NCBI GenBank assembly: GCA_043805415.1
Contig: JAZDHZ010000007.1
Span: 93,786 to 157,785, forward strand
Direction: 5' to 3'
Length of the DNA: 64,000 nucleotides
Source of the DNA: Candidatus Omnitrophota bacterium
Lineage (GTDB): Bacteria; Omnitrophota; Gorgyraeia; B26-G9
Part shown: positions 29,801-38,024 of the stretch, piece after piece
Layout: the number at the start of each line of letters is the position of its first letter
Numbering within the stretch: position 1 is the first letter of the stretch
Program-made: the position numbers and the translations under genes
Notes under the pieces: generated by a model
What the model saw: the letters and a program-made list of their open reading frames with translations, nothing else
The model's database searches: none
What the model was told of the DNA's origin: nothing

Positions 29801-31098
29801 TTTACCGCTATTGTTTTCAAAATCTGAACCTCTATTTCCTGAAACAGCTTCAGCATCTCGAATATCACTTTTAATGATTCTGCCTCTTTGGAAGAAAGCT
29901 TATAGTCTGGAGAATCACTGATATGATCAATGCATTCCATAATACTGCGCGTGTTCATAGATTTTATTTCTTGTTTTTCTTTCTCCGGGATATCGGCATT
30001 GTTTAAAATACTCCGGGCAACGCGTACAAGAAAAGGAGCGAGAATATGCACGGGATTACGCATCCTGTCTTCGATCCCGCCGTTGATTTGAAGTTTACGG
30101 GCAAAATTAGTCCGGGTTTTCAATGCCTCGGCGCTTACTTCTTCAAAAACGTCTTTGCTTAAAATACTGATTAGTTCCGAAGCCACTGGGGAAGGATCGA
30201 AATTCTTTAAATCCTTAGCCAGCATATGGCGGATCTGAGTAACCGGATAACGCGCCAGCTCATTTAAAATTTCATGGGCTTTTTCTCCTATGTTTTTATT
30301 GGCATAATATAACATCATCTTCAAGGCATAGATTCTGTCCCAACTATTGCTTTCGTTATTCAAATAAGCGTATTTATACCCTTTTTCATTTTTTGTCCCC
30401 AGGCACTCCTTGCTCATCTCTTCTTTACCAATAACCACATCTTCAATATTTATTTCCGGCAAAGGCTCTCCAAAAGCGGTTGCATAAGCCGGCTTGTCCT
30501 CAAAAGCTGTATGCACGTAAAAAGTCGGCATAATTATCCCGGAAGTCAAAGGCATATTCTCAATTTGGATCCTGAATCCCACGCCGCGGATATCCTTGAT
30601 CCGCGCAAGTTCCTCTGGCGTAATCAGCTCTTCCGGCCTCTTTTTCCGGCTCCAGATGGGATTGGGATTGCCGAAGGCGTAAACATCCACCACATTTATC
30701 CTGGCCTGGCTTTCGTCTACATAGCAAGAGGTTTTGGAAACATTCACCGGCTTGACATTGATAATGATCTTTTTTTGCCGGATTAATTCCAGAAATTCTC
30801 CAATTGACATCTCCGGGCCGTAAATATTACCGTAAAGAAAAAAATTGTCTTTAAACGTGACTGGCTTTAACGGCCAAAACCCGATTTTTTCCACGCTGCT
30901 GATATGCAGCGGATTAGAACTAGCTTGCAGCGCGAATGAATCCATAAACAATGCTAAATTCAAATTTAATTCAGGAGAAAGACAGTCTGTTTGTTTGCTG
31001 AATAGCAGCTCTGTGCCTCCTGCCCAGGCAATATCTAACAGTAAAAATAAATTTATCAGCAATAAGCCAATTATTTTTAATACATTATTTTTTCTCAT
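26830..31098 (-). CDS. Very large secreted protein of unknown function (1422 aa) with a conserved signal-peptide cassette and a weak GHKL-ATPase-like block
   Basis: Signal peptide ...LLLDIAWA|GGTEL shared with the next gene; NTIIKNALSSGAKQVFITAE...KYDGENIAPGS (29381..29460) resembles the N-box/G1-box of histidine-kinase-type ATPases, weakly. Confidence 0.4.
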   Translation of the reverse strand: MRKNNVLKIIGLLLINLFLLLDIAWAGGTELLFSKQTDCLSPELNLNLALFMDSFALQASSNPLHISSVEKIGFWPLKPVTFKDNFFLYGNIYGPEMSIGEFLELIRQKKIIINVKPVNVSKTSCYVDESQARINVVDVYAFGNPNPIWSRKKRPEELITPEELARIKDIRGVGFRIQIENMPLTSGIIMPTFYVHTAFEDKPAYATAFGEPLPEINIEDVVIGKEEMSKECLGTKNEKGYKYAYLNNESNSWDRIYALKMMLYYANKNIGEKAHEILNELARYPVTQIRHMLAKDLKNFDPSPVASELISILSKDVFEEVSAEALKTRTNFARKLQINGGIEDRMRNPVHILAPFLVRVARSILNNADIPEKEKQEIKSMNTRSIMECIDHISDSPDYKLSSKEAESLKVIFEMLKLFQEIEVQILKTIAVNEDEIFTKGISADEYVYELQEQMGRYIEKLEEYWGDLKENSHAAKYTSIIESGIARFREATNNFDILSTVTSGALKFKRQDLDELIGNCKKEFERKRPGITIFWDNKMPRKSEVVVCEEFSAYLNTIIKNALSSGAKQVFITAESINVAGELLEPVYNVLELRVKYDGENIAPGSIYYMFELFTHDHSLNTDLWNLRRSIAAGGGNTDVQLLIDEQKKQWVELTMQIPVVGRLEVLNRDIESLHELSRKAYQEIRLIRSWFKDNPKGKIVVAPYGRLLRDISNYIRKYRAGTQGFGLSDFLKILRAKRQNVFEVHNRISELEYLSSDFNLIEAFKNISSQQLEHHLAAADVHVIQEELRDMVKTVREAGRQIESDIKEGKIKEFSPLMIANFMIGKYPLKKKLLIVKALMSYLQNAENNSMVKWAITSGKTRENLQKELAITQDMAVNIFTHILTAIDQLEKRGDLINASAIVKQLEDDKREYLLNNTVEKGRLINILNNIIHTITAEDLKSRTTDLMRKITEILAYSYRTTESFEVKTAIQEIIADFRHRLPEAGKLRINFLNKTGELGEVLSYKSGLRIMLSEFLNSAAFSRAEEVEIDVREQNRELAIEIYAIRPKVDVVSKDSKYCCNLALFSEITHISGGRWEVIPAAPYKKTTQPCAIFKIYLPIQANIRKLSIPEPQAEFVSLTIGGTAGSLRIPASFKIGSRKGYKNIVVGDVIRALGYFMLKDFDVITERGPMSLEKAVQGINWDKVDPQKIFDPEVRRNIKKLEKFKKQYLEALIDFSRDFLAKRMDFTKDTLFIDNMSIDLPADAADAQSITLRREIQAKFSHTSFMKFLHTIANDPRFYTMIEQFLLEKRKDIKDSKMWRGVIYAIGPRLWQDTPGLFQFILSGTPEERSLNIPIDLDVIADMDLYTIPEGMDMVNGRVDVQKNRVIYISGKNTEMISDEILSVLGTKEHEGFFNVFPFKSQQDNGSFETAPRIESAI

Positions 31099-31139
31099 TA
31101 AGCTCTTCTTTGATTAAATATTTATCATTAACTAAAATA

Positions 31140-34100
31140 CTAAATCGCTTGTCCAACTAAAGCCAATCCTGAATTCAAATTAAGATCAGCTGGTTTGATC
31201 ATGCCAAAGGTTAGGGATTGATCAACAATAACTTGCTTAGGACTTTGCGTGTAAATAAAATTTATAAATGAATCAAGCCATACATTAGCAACCACGCCTT
31301 TGGCATCCAGATAATCGCGAAGGCCTTTTTCAGTTTGGAATACTCGTTCGCCGTCAATTTTTACCCCTAGACTTAAGTTAAACAATGACTGCTTGAGTTT
31401 TTCTTTAGCATCTGGGTTAAGGTTGAACACAGCATGAGTTAATTGCTTCCAATATTCATCAGGAACAGCGTCAAGCCCTTGTTGGTCACCATACAAAGGC
31501 ACAAGGTCACCTTTGGCACTGTAAATAATCAAGCGCCCTGACTCTAATGCCGCCATTTCAATAATCTGCTCCTGGCTAAGCTTGCTGGTATCCCAATCAG
31601 TTGTATAACTAATTCCGGTAACACCCATATCCTTCCACTCATCTTTAAACCGATTAAAAGTAGCCTTGGTTCTAAATTGCTGATAAGGAACCTGCATATA
31701 GGCAACCTTGATTTCATCTTTACCCAGATCTTTTTTGATCTGTTCAAGATAAGGCATTGCCAGCTTGAAATTTTCCGGAGTATTAGTTGAAGTGGTTTCA
31801 AGGTATAAGTCATCTGGAGCAATATCAATATCCAGCATCTTTGCCAAAGCATTCATAATCTGATAAATGATTTCTGATTCAGAAAGCGGAATGACTTTTT
31901 TATACTCTGACCTATCGGGCTGAGCATCCAGCACATCAAGATCAACCGGATTTTCCATGCCAGCCAGCTGTAACATTGTTAAATCATCTGTTGAGTTAAT
32001 AACAATATCTTTGTTGATTCTAATATTAAAACCCATTTTCTGCGCTGATTTAAGCAAAGGCAAAGTCAATCTGCCATATCCGCCAGTAAGCAATATTTTC
32101 TTAATTTTCCCTGCTTTGTATAATCGAAGAGTTTCTTTAAATGTACCGATATCATCATTACCGCACAAAAGCAGAACATCAGCGTTTAATTCATTGAATG
32201 TGCTAGATTGTGCGTTAAGCAATGATTTGACAGATATAAGCGTTTCTGTTTGAGGTTGATAAACAGGTTTCGTAGAACTCATAGGTTTTTCTTCTTCAAC
32301 TTTATCTATTGGTTTAACTGGATTTTTGTGTTCTTCTTCTTTTTTTTCATCTTTAGCTATAATTTTTTTTAATCTTTTTTCCACTTTGGCAAGCTCAGCT
32401 TTTTCTCGTTTTAAATCCTTGTCTATTGCTTCTTGTGGCCTACCCACATATCGCCAAGCTGGACCTAAATTTGCATCATATTCACCCCAACCATTCGGAC
32501 CATAAATTGTTTCGCCTGATACATAAGCCCCATCGGGAACAGTACTGTAAACCTTTCTTTCCGGCTCTTCATTTTCAAGTGTTTTAAGTCTTTCTACAAT
32601 TCTGTTTCTTTTACTCAGAAGTCTTCTATTGCGCGTAATTCTTCTGTGAATTAGTGTTACAGCAATCACAATAAATGGAACACCTAAATACCAAGCATCA
32701 GTTGACAACGCAGTCATAGGTAAAATTCCATCCCCTGCCCAGCTAAATTTAGAGCTTAAAGCAATGAGTGCGGGGGCAAGAAGAGCAGGGATAAATAGAG
32801 ACTTTAAAGTGGAGTTTTTATGAAGCCCCTTTCCTTTCTTTGATGCTTTTTCAACTGCTTTAGGATCAGCTTTTTTTGAATCATTACTCCCGTATTCTTT
32901 AAACTTTTCAATCAATTCCCAATTGAAAGAGGATTTGCCCCTTGTATCAAGAATTCCTCCTAGTATTTCCTCAATGCCTTTTACTGCAGCAATCTCTTTT
33001 AAAATTCCATTTTTCAGCATAGGAATTTCTCTCTTTAGCCTATCTCTTAGCGAAAATTTCATTTCATTCTCACGAAAGAAAAAGCTTTTAATTATACTAG
33101 TTTCCTCTTCGTCAAGCTCTATCAAATTTTCTATTCGCGTTAATAGCATTACTCTTTCTTCAATACTCAAATTCTTGATGCGTTGCCTCACATCTAAAGA
33201 GGCAATAAAATAATTATGATTTTCTGCTAATAGCTGTTCATAAAAAACTCTCACGTCATACTCAAGATTAACATTCTCTGTTTCTTTCGATACTTTCGCA
33301 AATATTCTATCTACCTCTTCTCCTCCTAAAAACTTTAGCAATACCGCCGCTGTCATTTGATTCCGCCGGTTAGAATCTAAATCATACCATCTCCATTTAT
33401 ACCCTGAGACAAAAACTTCAATTAAATATTCTCTGATCTGCTTTTCCAATCCTTTTTCCTGGTATTCACGAATTATTTGCTTAGCAATACTGTTCACGCT
33501 TACTCCAAAACTCACATCATTCCGAAAAATTGCCTCATAAAATTTGGCTTTCTCATCTCCTAACCCCGCCAGAACTGATAATACCGCGTAATCCACTTGC
33601 CAATTACCATTATTCAGCATTCTTGTTTTTAGATGTTCCTCTGCTTTTTTATTACCTATTTTACCTAGAGCAAGAATACAATTAATTTGAACATTTGCAG
33701 AAGAATCAATCAAATCCGTGTATTTAGGCCAATGAGCAGAGATATAATTATTTAATAAAGGGTAATCGTTATAGTTATCTTTTTTTGTAGAAGCAAATAT
33801 CAATTCCTCTACAGCTTTTTCACTTCTTAATTCTCCCAATGCCCACGCAACTGCCGCTCTTAATTTATTGGCCGGCAGGCGATCAATCTTAATAGGGTGG
33901 ATGTATCCAAATTCTAGACCCGATTTACCGGTTATATTAACTATCTTAAATGCGTTTAATTGTTTTATTAGAGTGCTCTCTACATTTTTGTGTCTAAGTT
34001 TACTTAGCTTTAAAGCTGCTTGAACCCTGTTTTCTTCCGGCTCATTTTCATTTTCTAAAATAGCAGCCAATTGTTTAAAGCTTTTCATTTCCTTACTTGT

Positions 34101-34715
34101 TTTTAAGAACGCTTCAGCATCACTATCAATGCCCTGATAATCAATAGTAGCTTTACCTATATTTTCAATTTTATTAAAAGCACACCCTGTAAAACCTGAT
34201 ATAATAACAACTGCTGTTAAGAAAACGACCGCTCTTCTTAACGGTGAAGGGACCTTGGCGGTAAATAAAATTGAAAACGCTGCAGTAATGGCTATTATTG
34301 CTGTTATTATTGACAAGTTCACAATAACCATTCCCCCATTTACAAAAACAGAACCTCCAACCAATATAGCCCAAAAATATTTTGAGCTTGTAGTTTTCTT
34401 CACCCCTACCAGTATTGTATTTGCCAACTGGTCTGCAATCTTATTAAATTTCATTTTTGAATTACGCTGTGTTTTGGGAATTTTTTGATTAGCAGTTTTC
34501 TGAACAGCTGCCTTAGAAGTATTCATCTCATAAAGTCTGCTGAAACCCGCATTAAACATCTGCTGTGTGATTTGAACCGGAGCAGCAAGTGTATCGGAAT
34601 TTTTTTGCAGATTAAGTTCTGTGCCCCCTGCCCAGGCGATATCAAGCATTAGAAATGAATTAATTAAAACTAAACATATTAACTTAAACCACAAACAATC
34701 AACTAATTTTTTCAT
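31140..34715 (-). CDS. Large signal-peptide, multi-TM, HEAT/PBS-repeat protein with a C-terminal DUF218 (YdcF/ElyC/SanA)-like domain (1191 aa)
   Basis: N-terminus ...FLMLDIAWA|GGTEL; HEAT-like repeats (ALGELRSEKAVEELI, ALGKIGNKKAEEHL, LAGLGDEKAKF); TM segments; K/E-rich coiled coil; DVLLLCGNDDIGTFKETLRLYKAGKIKKILLTGGYG resembles DUF218. Confidence 0.45.
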   Translation of the reverse strand: MKKLVDCLWFKLICLVLINSFLMLDIAWAGGTELNLQKNSDTLAAPVQITQQMFNAGFSRLYEMNTSKAAVQKTANQKIPKTQRNSKMKFNKIADQLANTILVGVKKTTSSKYFWAILVGGSVFVNGGMVIVNLSIITAIIAITAAFSILFTAKVPSPLRRAVVFLTAVVIISGFTGCAFNKIENIGKATIDYQGIDSDAEAFLKTSKEMKSFKQLAAILENENEPEENRVQAALKLSKLRHKNVESTLIKQLNAFKIVNITGKSGLEFGYIHPIKIDRLPANKLRAAVAWALGELRSEKAVEELIFASTKKDNYNDYPLLNNYISAHWPKYTDLIDSSANVQINCILALGKIGNKKAEEHLKTRMLNNGNWQVDYAVLSVLAGLGDEKAKFYEAIFRNDVSFGVSVNSIAKQIIREYQEKGLEKQIREYLIEVFVSGYKWRWYDLDSNRRNQMTAAVLLKFLGGEEVDRIFAKVSKETENVNLEYDVRVFYEQLLAENHNYFIASLDVRQRIKNLSIEERVMLLTRIENLIELDEEETSIIKSFFFRENEMKFSLRDRLKREIPMLKNGILKEIAAVKGIEEILGGILDTRGKSSFNWELIEKFKEYGSNDSKKADPKAVEKASKKGKGLHKNSTLKSLFIPALLAPALIALSSKFSWAGDGILPMTALSTDAWYLGVPFIVIAVTLIHRRITRNRRLLSKRNRIVERLKTLENEEPERKVYSTVPDGAYVSGETIYGPNGWGEYDANLGPAWRYVGRPQEAIDKDLKREKAELAKVEKRLKKIIAKDEKKEEEHKNPVKPIDKVEEEKPMSSTKPVYQPQTETLISVKSLLNAQSSTFNELNADVLLLCGNDDIGTFKETLRLYKAGKIKKILLTGGYGRLTLPLLKSAQKMGFNIRINKDIVINSTDDLTMLQLAGMENPVDLDVLDAQPDRSEYKKVIPLSESEIIYQIMNALAKMLDIDIAPDDLYLETTSTNTPENFKLAMPYLEQIKKDLGKDEIKVAYMQVPYQQFRTKATFNRFKDEWKDMGVTGISYTTDWDTSKLSQEQIIEMAALESGRLIIYSAKGDLVPLYGDQQGLDAVPDEYWKQLTHAVFNLNPDAKEKLKQSLFNLSLGVKIDGERVFQTEKGLRDYLDAKGVVANVWLDSFINFIYTQSPKQVIVDQSLTFGMIKPADLNLNSGLALVGQAI

Positions 34716-34840
34716 AACTTTTCTCCTCGTTAAGAATTAAAGCTCTTTATAAAGATTACAGAAAATGCGATAAAGTATACCATGAGTTTTGGGATAATGC
34801 AAATGTGTAACGATTTGATAATAAACGGTTTAAGGAGTTA

Positions 34841-34945
34841 TGAATTATAAGTTATGGGTTGGCGAGTTTGCCAGTTAGGAAAGCAGCGAGTAGTGTTTAG
34901 GACTTAGCGTAAAGTGATCCATAGTCAATAGCTAATAGAAAAATG
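34841..34945. repeat. Intergenic repeat element, copy 2 (TGAATTATAAGTTATG ... ATAGTCAATAGCTAATAG)
   Basis: Exact 18-mer ATAGTCAATAGCTAATAG at 34921..34938; 5' sub-motif matches 641..656. Confidence 0.55.
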
Positions 34946-35037
34946 GAAGATGGGAAAAACTAAAAAAGTTTATAAATAAAACCAGAACTCGTGAACGCGC
35001 TAACGCGCAAACTGGTTAACACTATTGGTTAACACTA

Positions 35038-35151
35038 CTAATTTACATTTACCAATTTACCCAGATACTCTCCCACTAATTGATTATCTTTTACTTCTTC
35101 ATACCCTTTGATTATTAATATTAAATCCCGAACAATCTGCCCATTAGCCAT
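35038..35151 (-). pseudogene. Remnant of a PilZ-paralog 3' end (37 codons), immediately downstream of AbiEii
   Basis: Minus-strand translation MANGQIVRDLILIIKGYEEVKDNQLVGEYLGKLVNVN*; the last 17 aa match the C-terminus of the 37540..37899 PilZ protein (KDDQDKQLVNEYLGKLLNIN); shares the 14-mer aatttacccagata with 37567..37580. Confidence 0.5.
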
Positions 35152-35159
35152 AATGTAAA

Positions 35160-36059
35160 TTATTCTGTTACCAGTTCAAACCTAGTCCCACTTTCCATAG
35201 CGTTATTAATTCTGGTAAGAGCCTTATCTAGACTGAAATTATCCCGCTCATTGAGCGACAAAACATCAAATAGCTCTGCTTCAATGCGTGAATTCATATC
35301 TTTTATTTCTTCATCTGATCTGCCAAGATTTTTTCTGTATTTAACTAAATCTGTATCGGCATCATCCTCCTGAAGTTTCTTTTTAAACAGCGTCATTACT
35401 TCTTTATCTGCTAAATCAAACTTATTGCGAAGAATAAAGTCAATATCGTAGAAATCGCGCGGAGCTATAATTTGACGTGTCGCGCCTGCGCGTAACTTTT
35501 CTGAAACAATCTCTTTTAGTGACATACACTGAATCTCGCCACTAGCAAACAATGGCTCATCAGTAAAAGAGTGTTTGAATTTATGCTGTACCGCTCTTTT
35601 TTCAGTGTCTAAAATAGGGTTAAATTTCAAACCTACTTCAAATTTAATTGTCTGCTCAGAAAGTGTTGTAACAGAATCATATACGATATGGTACACATAC
35701 TGCTTTGATTCATTTCTCCCGGGATTACCGGCATCATCAATCCTCATGCTAAATTGCTTCACAAACCTCTCAATACCATTCTTAACCGGCTGGATGCATT
35801 TACGCCTCTCACCTCGTGTAGCTTGATACCGCGGAAGCATCATACTAAAATCAAGATCTTCACTCAAACGATAATATGAATAATATATCTTATTGAGACA
35901 GGTTCCTCCTTTAAAAATAAGATTACCTGACAATTCATGTATACGAGAAAGCAGTAATGTTAAATAATAATCTTTTTCTATCAGCGGCGCATAAAATCCC
36001 GTTAATGACGCGATACGATCAATAAGAATAAAAAATTGTTCTTTATCTTCGTGTATCAT
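35160..36059 (-). CDS. abiEii: AbiEii-family nucleotidyltransferase toxin (type IV TA / abortive-infection AbiE system)
   Basis: N-terminal hallmark IEKDYYLTLLL...LIFKGGTCLNKIYY...RLSEDLDF (KDYxL...FKGGTxL...R.SEDxDF); ~300 aa; overlaps the upstream AbiEi gene by 17 nt. Confidence 0.75.
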   Translation of the reverse strand: MIHEDKEQFFILIDRIASLTGFYAPLIEKDYYLTLLLSRIHELSGNLIFKGGTCLNKIYYSYYRLSEDLDFSMMLPRYQATRGERRKCIQPVKNGIERFVKQFSMRIDDAGNPGRNESKQYVYHIVYDSVTTLSEQTIKFEVGLKFNPILDTEKRAVQHKFKHSFTDEPLFASGEIQCMSLKEIVSEKLRAGATRQIIAPRDFYDIDFILRNKFDLADKEVMTLFKKKLQEDDADTDLVKYRKNLGRSDEEIKDMNSRIEAELFDVLSLNERDNFSLDKALTRINNAMESGTRFELVTE

Positions 36060-36856
36060 TAATAATAATTCTCCATTTTTTATTTAACGTACCTTTTCTT
36101 GATTCTGACAATGAGGCAATCGACGTTTCTTTGACACTTTTTACAAGTGATCTCAATAATAGATCACTAATTCCACATTTTTCCAATATGTACCCCATAT
36201 ACTTACGAGTCTTTATATTGGGAAACCGAGTCGCATAGTCAATAAGCGTTTTTATGTCACATTTTTTTTCTGTTACAAACCTCTCTACTATCTGGCCTGC
36301 GGCAAAAAAACCGCCTACCGGCTTATTAAAATAAATAAGATCAACCAATGTTTTTTCTTTTGAACTAATGCAAACATTAACGCCTCTTATAATTTTTTTT
36401 TTCAATCCCATACATTTGAGCCCGAGACACATTTATAAACTTAAACAGAATTCCCGCAATCTTTTTTTCCTTGCTCAAGCTCGTATTAAGAACATACACT
36501 TTCTGGAATTGCTGATCTGTAAAGCTGTAATAGTTAAACATTGTAGAATATCCAATATAGTAATCCCCCTTAGGAAAATAAATTGATGGTATTATAAACT
36601 CACTAATACGGCGTCCTGTAGGAACTGATTCAAGAGGAACAAATATATATATGCCGCTTTTAATAGGAATTAAAATATTTTTTGTTTTTAACCTGAATAC
36701 AAGTTGTCTTCTATAAGAAAAATCAGCAGGCAAAAAAGCATCCAACTCTTTTGCTGTTACGATCTCTTTTTTTTCATAGACAAGCCGCGCGATAAGTTCT
36801 GTCTCTGTTTGACTAAGCGAACTAAATGTTTTTTTATTTGGCATATGTACCCCCAC
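36043..36856 (-). pseudogene. abiEi: AbiEi-family antitoxin/transcriptional regulator, interrupted by a -1/+1 frameshift in an A10 homopolymer (T-run 36393..36402 on the plus strand)
   Basis: Two overlapping ORFs: 36377..36856 (N-terminal wHTH-like LVFRLKTKNILIPIKSGIYIFV) and 36043..36432 (C-terminal ...CISSKEKTLVDLIYF...). Removing one A from GAAAAAAAAAAT fuses them into one ~270-aa AbiEi (GIEKK|IIRGVNVCISS). Confidence 0.65.
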
Positions 36857-37330
36857 AGTTACATTGAACTAACGATAATACATTAATATAGTAACATATA
36901 AGACTTATAAGTCAATGGAAAACTGTATTACATGGAAAACTGTATTATTAAAGCCGCAAAAAAATGCTCATACTATAATTCTTTATATTAATTACCTCTA
37001 CTACATTATTAATATTCAATCCTAAACAATCTGCTCAAAATAAAAAGCACACAAGAGCAGCGTATAGCGAAAAGGAATGTTCATTAGTTAAAAGTTTATA
37101 AAGTGAAAGGCGGAAAGCGTAAACTACTTAGCTGATGGCTCTTGGGAAAAACAGGAAAAACAGATAGAGTAAAAGTTTGTAAAGTTCTCGAGTTTAGCGA
37201 TTGGCGGGTCACAAGAAAAGTCACCAGGACACAAAAAAAATAGTATTGAGCATTGCGTAAAACCGAAGGATGAGAGACGATCGCTGCGCTAGGACGACGG
37301 ACGGAAAAGCAGGAAGCATAAAAAACATGC

Positions 37331-37368
37331 TGGCTCATGGCTAATAGCTGATAGCTAATGGTCAATGG
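37331..37368. repeat. Intergenic repeat element, degenerate copy (tggctcatggctaatagctgatagctaatggtcaatgg)
   Basis: Same GCTAATAG / TCAATGG building blocks as the copies at 601, 34921 and 37971. Confidence 0.4.
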
Positions 37369-37476
37369 TAAAAAAATAAAGAAAATAGTATTGCGTATCG
37401 CGTATTGAGTATAGCGTAAAGCAAAAAGAGCTTAGCGGATATCCCTTCGACTTCGCTCAGTGTAAAGATTACAAGC

Positions 37477-37511
37477 AAAAAAAGCATGAAGCTTATTGCT
37501 AGCTTCATGCT
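37477..37511 (-). terminator. Rho-independent terminator downstream of the PilZ gene (also a weaker plus-strand terminator)
   Basis: Perfect 11-bp stem agcatgaagct/agcttcatgct with a 7-nt loop; preceded on the plus strand by AAAAAAA, i.e. a U7 tract after the hairpin on the minus strand; lies 30-60 nt past the 37540 stop. Confidence 0.65.
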
Positions 37512-37539
37512 TTAAAGTATTTTATACTAAATATTATAA

Positions 37540-37899
37540 CTAATTTATATTTAATAATTTACCCAGATATTCATTAACCAACTGTTTATCCTGGTCGTCT
37601 TTCCACCAGGAAAAACTAACTCCGGTTCGATACATTCCAGCATCTTCGGTTATCCACTCCACCTTACCGAAAACCCGGATTGTACTAATATCCTTGCTCA
37701 GGCGCAAGTCAATGCTTAACGGCGTGCCAATCGGTATTCTTTCATTGGAAACCACTCCCGCGCCAACCATGCTGATATCGCGCATGGAATATTCTGCGCT
37801 GTTCCAAAACCTGAACCATACCTGAGGGTCAAGCGGGCGAAGACTTATTGAACTGTTCTTAGCTTCCTTGCGTGCGCTATTGCGTCTATCCTTATCCAT
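37540..37899 (-). CDS. Small stand-alone PilZ-domain protein (paralog of 12626..13009)
   Basis: RRNSAR (RxxxR-like) and DISMVG (DxSxxG) motifs; collinear with the 12626..13009 protein. Confidence 0.6.
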   Translation of the reverse strand: MDKDRRNSARKEAKNSSISLRPLDPQVWFRFWNSAEYSMRDISMVGAGVVSNERIPIGTPLSIDLRLSKDISTIRVFGKVEWITEDAGMYRTGVSFSWWKDDQDKQLVNEYLGKLLNIN

Positions 37900-37920
37900 T
37901 GTGATTACTCCTTTATCAGC

Positions 37921-37993
37921 CTATGGCTGATAGCTTATGGCTAATGGCTCATAGCTTATAGTTTTTTACTATTGACTATTAGCTATTGACTAT
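37921..37993. repeat. Intergenic repeat element, copy 3 (inverted orientation) between the giant-ORF stop and the PilZ gene start
   Basis: 37971..37993 is the exact reverse complement of ATAGTCAATAGCTAATAGTCAAT (= 601..621); flanked by tagcttatgg / ctaatggctc units. Confidence 0.6.
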
Positions 37994-38024
37994 CGACCTG
38001 GTGTCCGTGACCTTGTTTCTGCTT

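Noticed and set aside
31544-31852. 102-aa minus-strand ORF in an alternative frame
   Set aside because: Nested out-of-frame within the 1191-aa gene 31140..34715.
641-34880. Tiny MNYKL... ORFs starting inside the intergenic repeat copies (641.. and 34839..)
   Set aside because: Only 10-12 codons, on the opposite strand to all genes; the shared ATGAATTA(C/T)AAGTTAT is more simply part of the repeat element.
36368-36886. Two plus-strand ORFs (72 aa and 60 aa) over the AbiEi region
   Set aside because: Antisense to the AbiEi reading frames, which carry recognisable AbiEi motifs.
37096-37365. 89-aa minus-strand ORF in the 36860..37540 non-coding region
   Set aside because: No RBS, no recognisable motifs, overlaps the repeat-containing spacer; more likely non-coding.
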